Below, in pieces: positions 28,976 to 38,380 of a stretch of 64,000 nt of DNA. The DNA is from Candidatus Woesebacteria bacterium (GTDB lineage: Bacteria; Patescibacteriota; Microgenomatia; UBA1400; UBA1396). Both the position numbers and the translations under genes were made by a program. Below the pieces are notes generated by a model. The model saw only the letters and a program-made list of their open reading frames with translations, searched no databases and had not been told where the DNA came from. Within the stretch, counting starts at the first letter, position 1; the number at the start of each line of letters is the position of its first letter. The stretch lies in NCBI GenBank assembly GCA_021208605.1, contig JAJOJK010000015.1:343-64342 (forward strand), in the 5' to 3' direction.

Positions 28976-29330
28976 TCCCCCGTAGCTCAATGGCAGAGCA
29001 GGAAGCTGTAAGCATTGAGACAAACGAGCGTTACGCTCGAAATGTTTCGCAATTGCAGCCTTCAGCAGTAATGCTGAACGGAAAAACAGGGTGAATTCAG
29101 GGAAGCCTACCGCCGCAAGGCCACGGTAATCCTGAGCCAAGCCTTCATACGAAGGAAGGTGCAGAGACTAGGTGAGTACACCAGTTAGCGCCCTGCTCCT
29201 GAAGCTAGAGACCTCGCGCTCCCAAAGCGCGCGCCCTGGCCCAGGATGATGAGATAGTCCATACCGTGCGGAAACGCATGGAGCATATGTAACTTCAAGG
29301 TTCGTGGTTCGAATCCACGCGGGGGAGCCA
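28976..29330 (+). tRNA. intron-containing tRNA, best reading tRNA-Asn(GUU); exons 28976-29009 and 29290-29330
   Basis: 5' exon TCCCCCG-TA-GCTC-AATGGCA-GAGC-A-GGAAG-CTGT. 3' exon TAA-CTTCA-AGGTT-CGTGG-TTCGAAT-CCACG-CGGGGGA-G-CCA. Spliced loop CUGUUAA, U1:A72 and G73 as in bacterial tRNA-Asn. 5' exon ends in U and the intron ends in G, as group I splicing requires. Confidence 0.6.
29010..29289 (+). ncRNA. group I self-splicing intron (280 nt, no ORF) in the tRNA anticodon loop
   Basis: R element GUGCAGAGACUAGG and S element GAGAUAGUCCA (forming P7 GACUA/UAGUC); conserved GGUAAU; possible IGS GCAGC pairing with exon GCUGU. Confidence 0.6.
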
Positions 29331-30893
29331 CGTTTCGCTTATCCGAACGATGTCTCTATCAACCATGGCTTGAAAGCCTGGTGTATAGGTAATATCAACG
29401 ATTTTCTTGTCTTTTATCATGATCTTTGTGGTGAACCATTTGAGGAATTGTTTGCGTTCCTTTTTGTTGAAGGCATCATAGAGTTCGGGCAAGCGTTTCA
29501 TGAACTTAATGATCGTTTCGATCTTTTCCTCATCCATATTATTTGAAGGGCGATTGAGCTTCTCGATTTTGGCTTCTACGGCTGTAAGCTCATCTCTTAA
29601 AGGTTTGTACTTTTTCTCGATTCTATCCTGCGGAATCACCTCTGAAACCATTTGATCTTCCAGCTTATCCATTTTCTTTTCTATTGATTCTTTACGCTTT
29701 TGGAGAGTGTCGAGCCTGTCTTTTACAGTATCGCCTTGGTTTTCCATGAGTGACATCAGTTCTTGGCGAAGGCCATCAAAAAAGGTATCGGTGAATTCTA
29801 AACCTGTGATCCATTTGTACAGTTGGTCGTGTACTTTCTCAATATTGGCATATGGTTCATCACAAGTATGTCCATGGTTTTTAGGTCCCATGCAGCGATA
29901 GTACTTGTAGATTTTGCCAGTACTTTTCTCATGTTTCTCACCAGACATTAAAGAACCACAGTGCTGGCAGTAGACTAAACCTGCCAAAAACCAGTTATGC
30001 TTTCGTGACCTATTTGCTCCTTTGTTGTGTTTTTTCATAATTGCCTCCGCTTTTTTGAATTCTGTGATATTGATAAGTTGAGGGTGCTGGCCATTTTTAT
30101 AGATTTTGCCATCGTACTTTACCCAACCAAGATAACGTACATCGGTTAGGATTTTTTGAATGTTACTTGAATGAACACGTTTGCCATTTCTGGTGCGAAA
30201 ACCTTCCGCATATAGTTCATCACCAAGGGTATGAATGGAGTAGTTGTCAGTGTTGTATCGGCGAAAAGCTTCTTTGACATAGTACTCTCGTTCTTTGTCG
30301 ATTTTCCAGGGTACTCCTTTTTCATATGAGTTTAGATATCCAAGCACAGCTCCACCAGGTTGAAGTCCTTTTTCTGCCAGACCAACCATAGTACGTTTGG
30401 TTTTAACGCCAGTTATCTCTCTTTGTAGCTGATTAGCACCAGCCATAATGAGGTCAACAAAGTTGCCCACAGGGTCATCACCAAAATTAGGTTGCTGGGT
30501 AGCAATCAGAACTACGTCATGCTTTTTAAGAAATGATTTGACGGCTAAGTGGTCCTGAGCATTACGAGCAAAGCGATCAGTTTCCTCTAGTAGTACGGCA
30601 TGAACATCGGGGTCGTCTGCACAGCGTTCTAGCATACGATTGAATTCAGCTCGTCCTGATGTTGAACCACCACTCTTACCACCGTCTTTGAATGCTTCTA
30701 AAATTCGCCATTCACGGTCTTTTGCAAACTTGGTTAGGCGTTCTATTTGATCTTCGAGTGAATGACCTTCTTCGACTTGGCGGCTAGTGCTGACACGAGC
30801 GTAGAGTAGACAGTTCTTAACGTGGTCAAATTGTGAGGTGTCTGTGCTTTGATACATATTCATCCTTATACTTAAATGGCCGCCCTGGTGCAC
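29295..30893 (-). CDS. large serine recombinase (integrase)
   Basis: Resolvase catalytic 'LYARVSTSRQ...SLEDQ', recombinase domain, zinc ribbon 'CQHCGSL...YYRCMGPKNHGHTC', coiled-coil tail; last 11 codons (WLPRVDSNHEP) are encoded on the complement of the tRNA 3' exon. Confidence 0.85.
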   Translation of the reverse strand: MHQGGHLSIRMNMYQSTDTSQFDHVKNCLLYARVSTSRQVEEGHSLEDQIERLTKFAKDREWRILEAFKDGGKSGGSTSGRAEFNRMLERCADDPDVHAVLLEETDRFARNAQDHLAVKSFLKKHDVVLIATQQPNFGDDPVGNFVDLIMAGANQLQREITGVKTKRTMVGLAEKGLQPGGAVLGYLNSYEKGVPWKIDKEREYYVKEAFRRYNTDNYSIHTLGDELYAEGFRTRNGKRVHSSNIQKILTDVRYLGWVKYDGKIYKNGQHPQLINITEFKKAEAIMKKHNKGANRSRKHNWFLAGLVYCQHCGSLMSGEKHEKSTGKIYKYYRCMGPKNHGHTCDEPYANIEKVHDQLYKWITGLEFTDTFFDGLRQELMSLMENQGDTVKDRLDTLQKRKESIEKKMDKLEDQMVSEVIPQDRIEKKYKPLRDELTAVEAKIEKLNRPSNNMDEEKIETIIKFMKRLPELYDAFNKKERKQFLKWFTTKIMIKDKKIVDITYTPGFQAMVDRDIVRISETWLPRVDSNHEP

Positions 30894-30980
30894 TCAACTA
30901 GAAATGACTTCCAATTGTCCAAGACGGCCATTAAAAAAAGCCATTTCTATAAGCTGAGTGCATAGCTATTTTCTCTGATT

Positions 30981-32489
30981 TCATACTCTTTCGTCAAATG
31001 GAGTTCGTGATGGTCGGTAGTGGCTGTCTTTTACCGCTTTTTCCAGCATGAAGCTCATCTGCTCCTTAGTAACTTTTTGAATTTCTTCCTCAGTTGGTTC
31101 TACAAATTGAATGTCATCGTGGCAGTCAAAAACAGGATCCTCCGAGCCAATAGTAAAGTTGCTGAAGTAGTTGTATATAAAATCAATGTATTGCTGATGC
31201 TGTTGGAGCATAAAATCATAGTGCTCCTGAGCTGCTTTGGCATACCAGCTCTTGCGAGACACAATCTGAGTGCCATCAAAGTAAAAGTCCTCGACTGTCT
31301 CAATCACTCTGACATAAGCAAGGAGTCTTAATTTGATTACTGATATAGAGAAAAGAAGTTCCTTAATTCGTTCTAAAGTCTTGGCTTCTAGGTGTAATTT
31401 TTTATCACCACTAATTGGCTCGTAGGTAATTGCGTTGAAATGATCTAAGTGTTCAAGCAATCGTTTCTTGATGATATTAGCAGTAAGCTCATCAGTTTTC
31501 TTTTCTTGGCTTTGTTTGGTTTGAATAATGGCTACATCGTTGTTGCAAAAATAAATGAGGTTATCGACATCATCAATAAAATCGTTGAAGCCTGTATCGT
31601 ACTTTTCTAAGTATTTATACCAACTGGTGGCTGTTATTCCTGGCTTACCTTCATCTTCTGAGGTCCCGTAAAAACCAAACTCGCTGCCAATTGTGGCGGC
31701 TTCGAGTACTCCTTCATCAATCAGTTTTTGGAGTCGTTGTTTTTGATTTTCAATTTCACCAAGCCATTTTTGAGTGTCAGCTGGATCGGTGGGAGTAAAG
31801 TCATACTTGGTTGTCACCATTTCTCTCATTTCGTCACGACTCTTGCCTTCATACACGGCATATTCCTGATAAAGATGCACAAAGGCATTTTGCTTATCTT
31901 TATATTCCAGGTAGGCAGCTACTCGTTCTTCAACATAGTCAAGATACTCATCTATCAGTTGATCCTCGGTTTTATTGGCATCAGCTACCAGCTGTTTGTG
32001 GACCATAAATAGATCCGTGTCTTTCCACCAACCCTTTGATTGGAGTTTGGCGAGTGCCTCATGCTCAGCCAAAGTTTCTAAAGAGAAAACAGCTGATAGT
32101 TCTTGGGCTTTTTGTTCTTCATATAATTCTTGATAACCCTGTTGAGTCACAATTTTAGGTAACCAGTTTAAATCTCGGCGAGTGAAGTGACTGTAAATAC
32201 TCATGGACCATTGCTGATATATTTTTTCAAGTTGCTGAGAGTAGAGAAAAAATCGCAAGTACATAGTCTGAAAGTCAGCCTCCATGACGACATGAACCGT
32301 TTGAATAATATCCATGTAGAAGTTGAATTCAGTTATCTGATTGCTACTCATGTTCATTTTTATCTTGTTGATTTCATGGCCCAAGTCTTCACCAGTTTCA
32401 TCACCCTTGACGATATATTCAGCAATGATTTTGGCTCGCTCTTTAGCAGTTAGAACACCAGCCAGAGCTTGGATAGAGAAGTTTTTCAT
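30981..32489 (-). CDS. hypothetical protein (element cargo)
   Basis: 502 aa, D/E/Y-rich; 4-nt overlap with upstream gene. Confidence 0.4.
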   Translation of the reverse strand: MKNFSIQALAGVLTAKERAKIIAEYIVKGDETGEDLGHEINKIKMNMSSNQITEFNFYMDIIQTVHVVMEADFQTMYLRFFLYSQQLEKIYQQWSMSIYSHFTRRDLNWLPKIVTQQGYQELYEEQKAQELSAVFSLETLAEHEALAKLQSKGWWKDTDLFMVHKQLVADANKTEDQLIDEYLDYVEERVAAYLEYKDKQNAFVHLYQEYAVYEGKSRDEMREMVTTKYDFTPTDPADTQKWLGEIENQKQRLQKLIDEGVLEAATIGSEFGFYGTSEDEGKPGITATSWYKYLEKYDTGFNDFIDDVDNLIYFCNNDVAIIQTKQSQEKKTDELTANIIKKRLLEHLDHFNAITYEPISGDKKLHLEAKTLERIKELLFSISVIKLRLLAYVRVIETVEDFYFDGTQIVSRKSWYAKAAQEHYDFMLQQHQQYIDFIYNYFSNFTIGSEDPVFDCHDDIQFVEPTEEEIQKVTKEQMSFMLEKAVKDSHYRPSRTPFDERV

Positions 32490-32869
32490 TTAGAACCTTT
32501 CATTATGGATTTGCGTTCCAAAATTACACGTTCAATAACCTCTAGTCTTTTATCAAGGTCTGCTGATTCAATGGCTTTGAGCAAATGGCCAGCCAAATAA
32601 CCCACCGTGCTGGCTACTTTTGGTGGAATACTGCCATCACGAACACCGTTGATCGTTTCCTCTAATAATTGGACTACGCCGTCTGGCTGGCGGACATCAA
32701 TCGCTGGCAGGTCAGTACTGTCTTTTCGAGACGAATTGAGTCCACCAAGCACTACCGCTTGGGCATGTTTATCACGAGTTTCGGGATTGTGAGTAAAGCA
32801 GAACTCACTCCCTTTCATGGCATGAGCCTTACAAGGTTGGTTATTAGCTTTGATATAAGTGCATTGCAT
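32486..32869 (-). CDS. hypothetical protein with N-terminal Cys/His cluster
   Basis: 'CTYIKANNQPCKAHAMKGSEFCFTHN'. Confidence 0.35.
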   Translation of the reverse strand: MQCTYIKANNQPCKAHAMKGSEFCFTHNPETRDKHAQAVVLGGLNSSRKDSTDLPAIDVRQPDGVVQLLEETINGVRDGSIPPKVASTVGYLAGHLLKAIESADLDKRLEVIERVILERKSIMKGSK

Positions 32870-32914
32870 AGTTTTCTCCTGGTTTATTAGTAACAGTTAT
32901 GGGTAGAGGGGAGA

Positions 32915-35260
32915 TTAGAAGAGTGCCTCCTTCATCTCCTCCTCGGTCATGTTTTCTACGGTTTTGTTGTCAGTGTTACCAGTGCTTTCAGGCCCAGAGC
33001 TGTCAGGTGCTGATGTGCTGGAAGCAGTGGTGGCAGTTTTTATGATTCTTATGTAAGTGCCATCCTCCATTTTTTCTTTGGTGACATTGAGGCCATAGGC
33101 CATTAAATTAGGACGGACATCTTTGATTTTTCGCCACAGCCAAGTTGGGGATTTAGGAAAGCCCTGTTTGATTTTGAGGTTTTCAGCTATTTCAAAGAGT
33201 TCTTTATAAAGGTCCGAACTGCGTAGCTCTTGGTTTGATTTATTCCTCATGAACTCCATAATGGTTTGGGCAACAGGTGAAGAGTCTATGGCTTCTTCAT
33301 TTTGTTGCTTGACGTTTTGATTGAAGGCATCGGAGAGATCTTGTTCGGTATAGCCCAAGTGTATTGCTGCAGCAGTGGCGTATTTGAAGTAGTCAGCCAT
33401 ACGAGGTTTAGTAGTAAGTTCGATATCGTGGACGGTCCTGAGAGTAGCGACTACTGCATCAAATAAGGCTCCAAGAATAAGAGCTTTATCTGTTTTGAAG
33501 CGTTGCCACAGGTTTTTCTCTTCACGTCTATCCCCATCAGGTATTCGCTCTAAGGGTACGATAATGCTTCGGTCCAGAAGGTCAGCTTTGGTTGCGACTT
33601 GATTGATACCACAAAGGCCAGCTACTCTTTTGTAGGCATAGAGCACGTCTTCATCATCGGTAAATAGTTGCCTCTTCGTAAACCCATCACCAGTTATCAA
33701 GCGGCAGAGGGCATCAGACAATGAAACAGACAAGGTTGAGAGGTTGTCCAAAAAAACAGCGTAATGATGACTGGCAAACTGGACCAACTCACGAATGGAG
33801 TCGGGAGGAGTGAGAAGCGGTACTTGGCTGGGATCAATCATCTCCCGAAGGATGCGTAATAGGCTTGATTTTGCCGAGCCCTGGTCACCATGAAGTACCA
33901 ACATGGCTCGTGGAATATCTGGAATTAGGCTAACGACTAAGAAGGTCAGGATTAGTAGCTTTTGCTGCTGGTCCCGAACATTCATGAAAGCAAGAATCTC
34001 TTCTAGGTTGCCACCACGCTTGGGCAATATTTGTGGCTTTTGATGTGAGAAACGGTTGAAGTAGACGCAGCAGCTACTATCAATACTCCAACCATCCTTG
34101 TCGATAGTTACCACATGGGTGCCATCGCCAATGTCATAGTAGATAGTATTTTTATGTCTACCTACTCGATTGAAAACGGTGATTTTGTCTCGGTCATAGG
34201 TAGCAATCCCTTGTAGCGTAGTAATAGCATTGCTCACAGCCTCGGAGCTAGGTGGTTTGCCTTCACTATCCCAAAACATCTTGAAGAGAAGTTGCTTTGT
34301 AGCTGATGAACTAATTTTGAAGGTTAAGAATCCCGTCTCAGGGGAAGTGAGAACTGGTTCGTGGAACTGATTGGTAAAAAGTTTGATACTACTGCTTAGA
34401 ACCATCTCAACCAGTAGTTTGGCTTGGCTGGGACGATTGGAGCCTCCGTCATCTTGCTCTGGCTGACCTTGTTCACGCTCGGCAATGGAATCAAATACAG
34501 TTCTGAGCTCGGTTGTTGAAAGTGGAGGTTTGTTTTGTGTATTCCAACCTTGTAGCAAAGGCCAAACAACTGCTTTCCATTCGTCTTTTGGATAACGACT
34601 AAGAAGTGATCCTGCTACCTGAGTAGCTGAGTGGTTACGGGTAGATTTTTCCACACCTTCAAAGACATTTTCATCGCTTTTTACGCTAAGTTTTAACTGT
34701 TGGTTGCCATTGATAGATTCAATAAGGCTACCAGGCATTTCAGACAATTCGGTATCTTCTGGACTGTTAAGCCAGTAGTATTGGTTCCCAGAGGGGTGTC
34801 TGCTGGGTGGCAAGATGGCATAACCACCTTCACCTCGAAAGTCAGTGTTTTTGATAAAACCAGCTGCATTCTTGATAGGTTTTTCTGATGATTTGAAGAA
34901 ATAATGACGACCACCAGATCCAGTTTGAGAGAATGGTGTGGTGGGCAAAGTAGACGTGTCGAACATTGAACCCTCATCAAGGTCAAGAACTACCACGCCA
35001 GATATTGAGCCTGTGACGAGGGCATAACCAGCAATCTTGGGGTTGGAAGCCCACTCACCAACTTGTTCTGTAGATGGTAGCTTGGTTTGAAATTCCTTCC
35101 ACTTAATTAGCGGCTTCTTATCGCTAGAGACTGGAATAATGGACCAACCAAGGCTCAGATAGTATTCACCAAGTTCTCGCCATTCTTGATTGTTTGCTGG
35201 TGTGCGGTTTGTTATAGTAGGCATATCAATCTGTGGGAGGGTGAATCCTGTTGGACACAC
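32915..35260 (-). CDS. bifunctional primase-polymerase (PrimPol) fused to P-loop SF3-type helicase/NTPase (P4/D5-like replication protein)
   Basis: PrimPol N-term 'LGWSIIPV...KKPLIKWKEF...VVLDLDEG...GSGGRHYFF...FRGEGGYAILPPSRHPSGNQYYW'; Walker A 'LHGDQGSAKSS'. Confidence 0.7.
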   Translation of the reverse strand: MCPTGFTLPQIDMPTITNRTPANNQEWRELGEYYLSLGWSIIPVSSDKKPLIKWKEFQTKLPSTEQVGEWASNPKIAGYALVTGSISGVVVLDLDEGSMFDTSTLPTTPFSQTGSGGRHYFFKSSEKPIKNAAGFIKNTDFRGEGGYAILPPSRHPSGNQYYWLNSPEDTELSEMPGSLIESINGNQQLKLSVKSDENVFEGVEKSTRNHSATQVAGSLLSRYPKDEWKAVVWPLLQGWNTQNKPPLSTTELRTVFDSIAEREQGQPEQDDGGSNRPSQAKLLVEMVLSSSIKLFTNQFHEPVLTSPETGFLTFKISSSATKQLLFKMFWDSEGKPPSSEAVSNAITTLQGIATYDRDKITVFNRVGRHKNTIYYDIGDGTHVVTIDKDGWSIDSSCCVYFNRFSHQKPQILPKRGGNLEEILAFMNVRDQQQKLLILTFLVVSLIPDIPRAMLVLHGDQGSAKSSLLRILREMIDPSQVPLLTPPDSIRELVQFASHHYAVFLDNLSTLSVSLSDALCRLITGDGFTKRQLFTDDEDVLYAYKRVAGLCGINQVATKADLLDRSIIVPLERIPDGDRREEKNLWQRFKTDKALILGALFDAVVATLRTVHDIELTTKPRMADYFKYATAAAIHLGYTEQDLSDAFNQNVKQQNEEAIDSSPVAQTIMEFMRNKSNQELRSSDLYKELFEIAENLKIKQGFPKSPTWLWRKIKDVRPNLMAYGLNVTKEKMEDGTYIRIIKTATTASSTSAPDSSGPESTGNTDNKTVENMTEEEMKEALF

Positions 35261-35275
35261 CCTCCTGCTTTCGTT

Positions 35276-35662
35276 TTATTTACTCGCTGGCATTACCTCT
35301 GAAATAATTTGCCAGCCATCTTTATCACCAGGCTTATCTTTTACGAGTATCTGGCAGGGTTTGCCCACCAAAGCACCTAGGTCAATCTCAGTGCTTGTTT
35401 CAGGTGACTTTCCAATAAGTGCGGCTACAATGTCGTAGAGCTTGGTATTTTTAGCACCTGTGCTGAGTTTCATACTGGCGATGGTGGTCCTCTCGGTATC
35501 CTTGTACTCGCCGTCAGTAATGAGAAACGTGAGTTTAAGATAAGGACCAAAGTCACCCTCGCTCTTTTCAAGATCTGATAGCTTTGCCTGATATACGCCT
35601 GCTGGTATTGGTTCAGGGGCACTGGTTGTTTTTACGGTTAGCGTCATGTTTTTTGATGACAT
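35276..35662 (-). CDS. hypothetical phage-like protein
   Basis: 128 aa. Confidence 0.35.
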   Translation of the reverse strand: MSSKNMTLTVKTTSAPEPIPAGVYQAKLSDLEKSEGDFGPYLKLTFLITDGEYKDTERTTIASMKLSTGAKNTKLYDIVAALIGKSPETSTEIDLGALVGKPCQILVKDKPGDKDGWQIISEVMPASK

Positions 35663-35710
35663 ATTTTTCCTTTGTGTAATTTGTAATTAAGTTTGGGTTG
35701 AAAATACTTT

Positions 35711-35998
35711 TTACATAAGCTCTCCTTCCTCGGGCATAAGAAGCTCATATGCTTTTTGTGTTATTGCTTCTTCAATTTGTTGTCCAACTTCGTAGTTGAT
35801 TGGGTAAAAAATAGGAACCTCAGAACCATTTTTTAGTCTTTTGGTTGGGTAGACACAGCGGAAACCTGTTCCGTCTCTTTTTGTAAAAACGGCAACATTG
35901 CCTACATAAAAATCATGGTCAATTACAAAGTTTGCGAAGAAAGTAAGGCCATTTATGGCTCTAATAGGGATGAGCTCAATTTCACTGATGTTTTTCAC
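35711..35998 (-). CDS. SpoVG-family protein
   Basis: 'IELIPIRAINGLTFFANFVIDHDFYVGNVAVFTKRDGTGFRCVYPTKRLKNGSEVPIFYPIN' matches SpoVG pattern. Confidence 0.5.
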   Translation of the reverse strand: MKNISEIELIPIRAINGLTFFANFVIDHDFYVGNVAVFTKRDGTGFRCVYPTKRLKNGSEVPIFYPINYEVGQQIEEAITQKAYELLMPEEGELM

Positions 35999-36232
35999 TT
36001 GAATGCTCCTTTCTTTTTTCTTGTTCTTCTAATCTATTGACAAAAGACAAGAGGAGCTCTGCGAGTGAATGAAACGATCCTGCAACAATTTCTTCCTCAT
36101 TGGAATCAAGTTGGGATCTAAGGGATGTTATAGCTTGAAGATTATTGTCTTCCACTTGTGCTCCACGTATTTAATAAGTAGAGCAAGTCTAGCTTTGTAT
36201 ACCTGGGAGCGGTCAAAAGGGGAAAAGAGTGG

Positions 36233-37279
36233 TTAGGAGTGGCTAGGAGTGATTAACTTATAACCATCTCCTGTAGGAAGAAAAACTTCAGATTCGGGAT
36301 TGGTCTGAGTATTGATCTTGTAGTACCGTCTTATTTCTCTGATTTTTTGCTTGATGTATTCTCTTTTTTCATTAAAATCATTTTTATCTTCTAGTTGTTT
36401 CGGAATGGCCGCAAAGAACTCGCCCCACTTTACTTCTGAGCCTTTTTTCTCAATAAGAAGTTTTAGCAACTTAAATTGAGGTCCATTTAACTTATAGCGA
36501 TGTGTATGTTCTCCAAAAGTAGATAGACCTGTGTTGATATTAAGCGATAGTTTCCCCCAATTAACTACTTGGGAAGGCTCATTTAACTGAAGCATTTTTG
36601 TAGGGTTGCTTAAATTAACAGCACTGAGTGGCCTTACCTCTTGTGTCATTCTGACAGTACCAGGTTTGCTGCCTTGAGATAAACCAATCTGCCTTTCATA
36701 AAAAGCAATTTGCAAATCAAGTAGCCTATTTTCTTTCCTTCTTCTTTCTTCAAGATACCTTTGAGAGCTATCAATATTATCAGTTGAGTGAGGTAAAGCT
36801 GTGTAGCTATCTTGTTCGTGATATTTTTGACCAATATGGATAGCAGGTGTAACAATTCTAAAAAAAGATGGATCTATTAGTGGCTTTGTAATTACTTCAA
36901 CTATTTTGGCAAGTTTCTCTTGCAACTGCTGGACTACATCAAACATTGCAGTCCACTTTTTCATAGTGTTACTTATGACTTCACCAAATTTTTTGTAGAA
37001 ACTAATACCTAGATTAAGACTATTTACCAAGTCATTCGTTGGTATTTCAGTGGTAAAAACAGTGGGAGCAAGGGCTTTCGATATTGACGAAGTAGTTTGG
37101 ATAGCCTTAAACAAGGAGGAATCATTTAGATTCGGAGGAGAAAATATAATGGGTTTAAGGTCTGGGATTATTTGGCTGCTAATTGCTTTCCCCAGCTTAG
37201 AAATTTCATTTAATTCTGAGGGAGATATTATTTCCCCTTCAATTGCTTTGTTATCTTTTTTTGACGGTAGTTTTGGCAT
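36233..37279 (-). CDS. hypothetical protein
   Basis: 348 aa, AT-rich. Confidence 0.35.
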   Translation of the reverse strand: MPKLPSKKDNKAIEGEIISPSELNEISKLGKAISSQIIPDLKPIIFSPPNLNDSSLFKAIQTTSSISKALAPTVFTTEIPTNDLVNSLNLGISFYKKFGEVISNTMKKWTAMFDVVQQLQEKLAKIVEVITKPLIDPSFFRIVTPAIHIGQKYHEQDSYTALPHSTDNIDSSQRYLEERRRKENRLLDLQIAFYERQIGLSQGSKPGTVRMTQEVRPLSAVNLSNPTKMLQLNEPSQVVNWGKLSLNINTGLSTFGEHTHRYKLNGPQFKLLKLLIEKKGSEVKWGEFFAAIPKQLEDKNDFNEKREYIKQKIREIRRYYKINTQTNPESEVFLPTGDGYKLITPSHS

Positions 37280-37365
37280 GGTTCGATACTTTTTTACACT
37301 TTTTGAATACGAGTTAGACCAGATTACCAGTAAAAAGCACGAAAGTGAAGCAAAAAAAAGGAAGT

Positions 37366-37641
37366 TTAGAACTCAATCAAGTCTCGGACCTTCACATTCA
37401 GGCCCTTAGCGATGCGGATAAGGTAGTTTACAGATGTGTTGACGTAACCATTTTCAATTTTTGCTAGATAAGACACGTTCATTTTAACTACATCAAGAGC
37501 GAAGCTTTCCTGAGTGTGGCCACGTTTCTTCCTGAGTTCCTTGATTCTTTCACCAAGCTTCTCACGATAGGGTAGGTACTGGTCATTTTTGATACTTATC
37601 GGCACATCTTTATTCTGGTTGTGCTTTCCATATTTAGCCAT
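37366..37641 (-). CDS. XRE/Cro-C1-type HTH repressor
   Basis: Start at MAKYGKHN; 'LGERIKELRKKRGHTQESFALDVVKMNVSYLAKIENGYVNTSVNYLIRIAKGL'. Confidence 0.65.
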   Translation of the reverse strand: MAKYGKHNQNKDVPISIKNDQYLPYREKLGERIKELRKKRGHTQESFALDVVKMNVSYLAKIENGYVNTSVNYLIRIAKGLNVKVRDLIEF

Positions 37642-37708
37642 TCTATATATGGAAAGATTGTGATAATATTGGAACCACCCACATAGAAATACCAAATAAA
37701 GGATAAAT

Positions 37709-38170
37709 ATGAAAAAATTACTCAAATGGGGTGCTATTGTATTAGTAGTACTCTTTGTTATTGGTGCCATTGCAGGCTCAGGTGATGACACTCCTAGATC
37801 TGAGACCTCAGCTCCAGCGGCAAAAGTAATGGAAAAAGGTGACACTAAAGAAGCAGCCGAAGTCGAAGAGACTTCTAATGAAACTACGGCACAGAAGAAT
37901 GCTGTTAGAAAAGCAAATTCTTATCTTAGCATGACAGGTTTCTCAAGAAGTGGCTTGATTAAACAACTCGAATTTGAAAAGTTCTCAACAGAAGATGCTA
38001 CCTATGCAGTAGATAAAATTAGTCCAGATTGGAATGAGCAGGCTGCAAAAAAAGCTAAAAGCTATCAAGATTTGTCAGGCTTCTCAAGAGATGGTCTTAT
38101 AAAACAACTAGAGTTTGAAGGCTTTACCACTGAACAAGCTGCTTACGGTGCTGATAGCGTGGGACTGTAA
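37709..38170 (+). CDS. Ltp-family surface lipoprotein (phage superinfection-exclusion type)
   Basis: Signal/lipobox-like N-term, two tandem Ltp repeats 'SYLSMTGFSRSGLIKQLEFEKFSTEDATYAVD' and 'SYQDLSGFSRDGLIKQLEFEGFTTEQAAYGAD'; divergent from repressor. Confidence 0.6.
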   Translation: MKKLLKWGAIVLVVLFVIGAIAGSGDDTPRSETSAPAAKVMEKGDTKEAAEVEETSNETTAQKNAVRKANSYLSMTGFSRSGLIKQLEFEKFSTEDATYAVDKISPDWNEQAAKKAKSYQDLSGFSRDGLIKQLEFEGFTTEQAAYGADSVGL

Positions 38171-38380
38171 TAGCAAATTCTTTTTATAAAAAACGCCAAT
38201 GAAGGCCTCATCTTATTGATGGGGCTTTTTGTTACCAGTCTTGCCATGTTTGCAGGGTCCAGGCGAATTGAATGCTATCTGGTGCTGGTAGCATTGGCAG
38301 CACTGTAGGCAGAGCATATTTTGTAATTGGGATATCCAGTTTTATATTGTAAAATTGCCATATAAGTAAAGTTCATAGAT

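Noticed and set aside
28976-29330. Considered that the 355-nt tRNA-like locus might be a tmRNA (ssrA), a very common integration target
   Set aside because: It has a full D-arm and anticodon stem, which tmRNA lacks. It has no tag-peptide ORF ending in ...LAA followed by a stop. It shows group I R/S elements (CAGAGACUA / GAGAUAGUCC), which fit an intron much better.
29304-29901. Plus-strand ORFs inside/adjacent to the intron and antisense to the integrase
   Set aside because: Antisense to the serine recombinase with no motifs; the intron itself has no homing-endonuclease-sized ORF.
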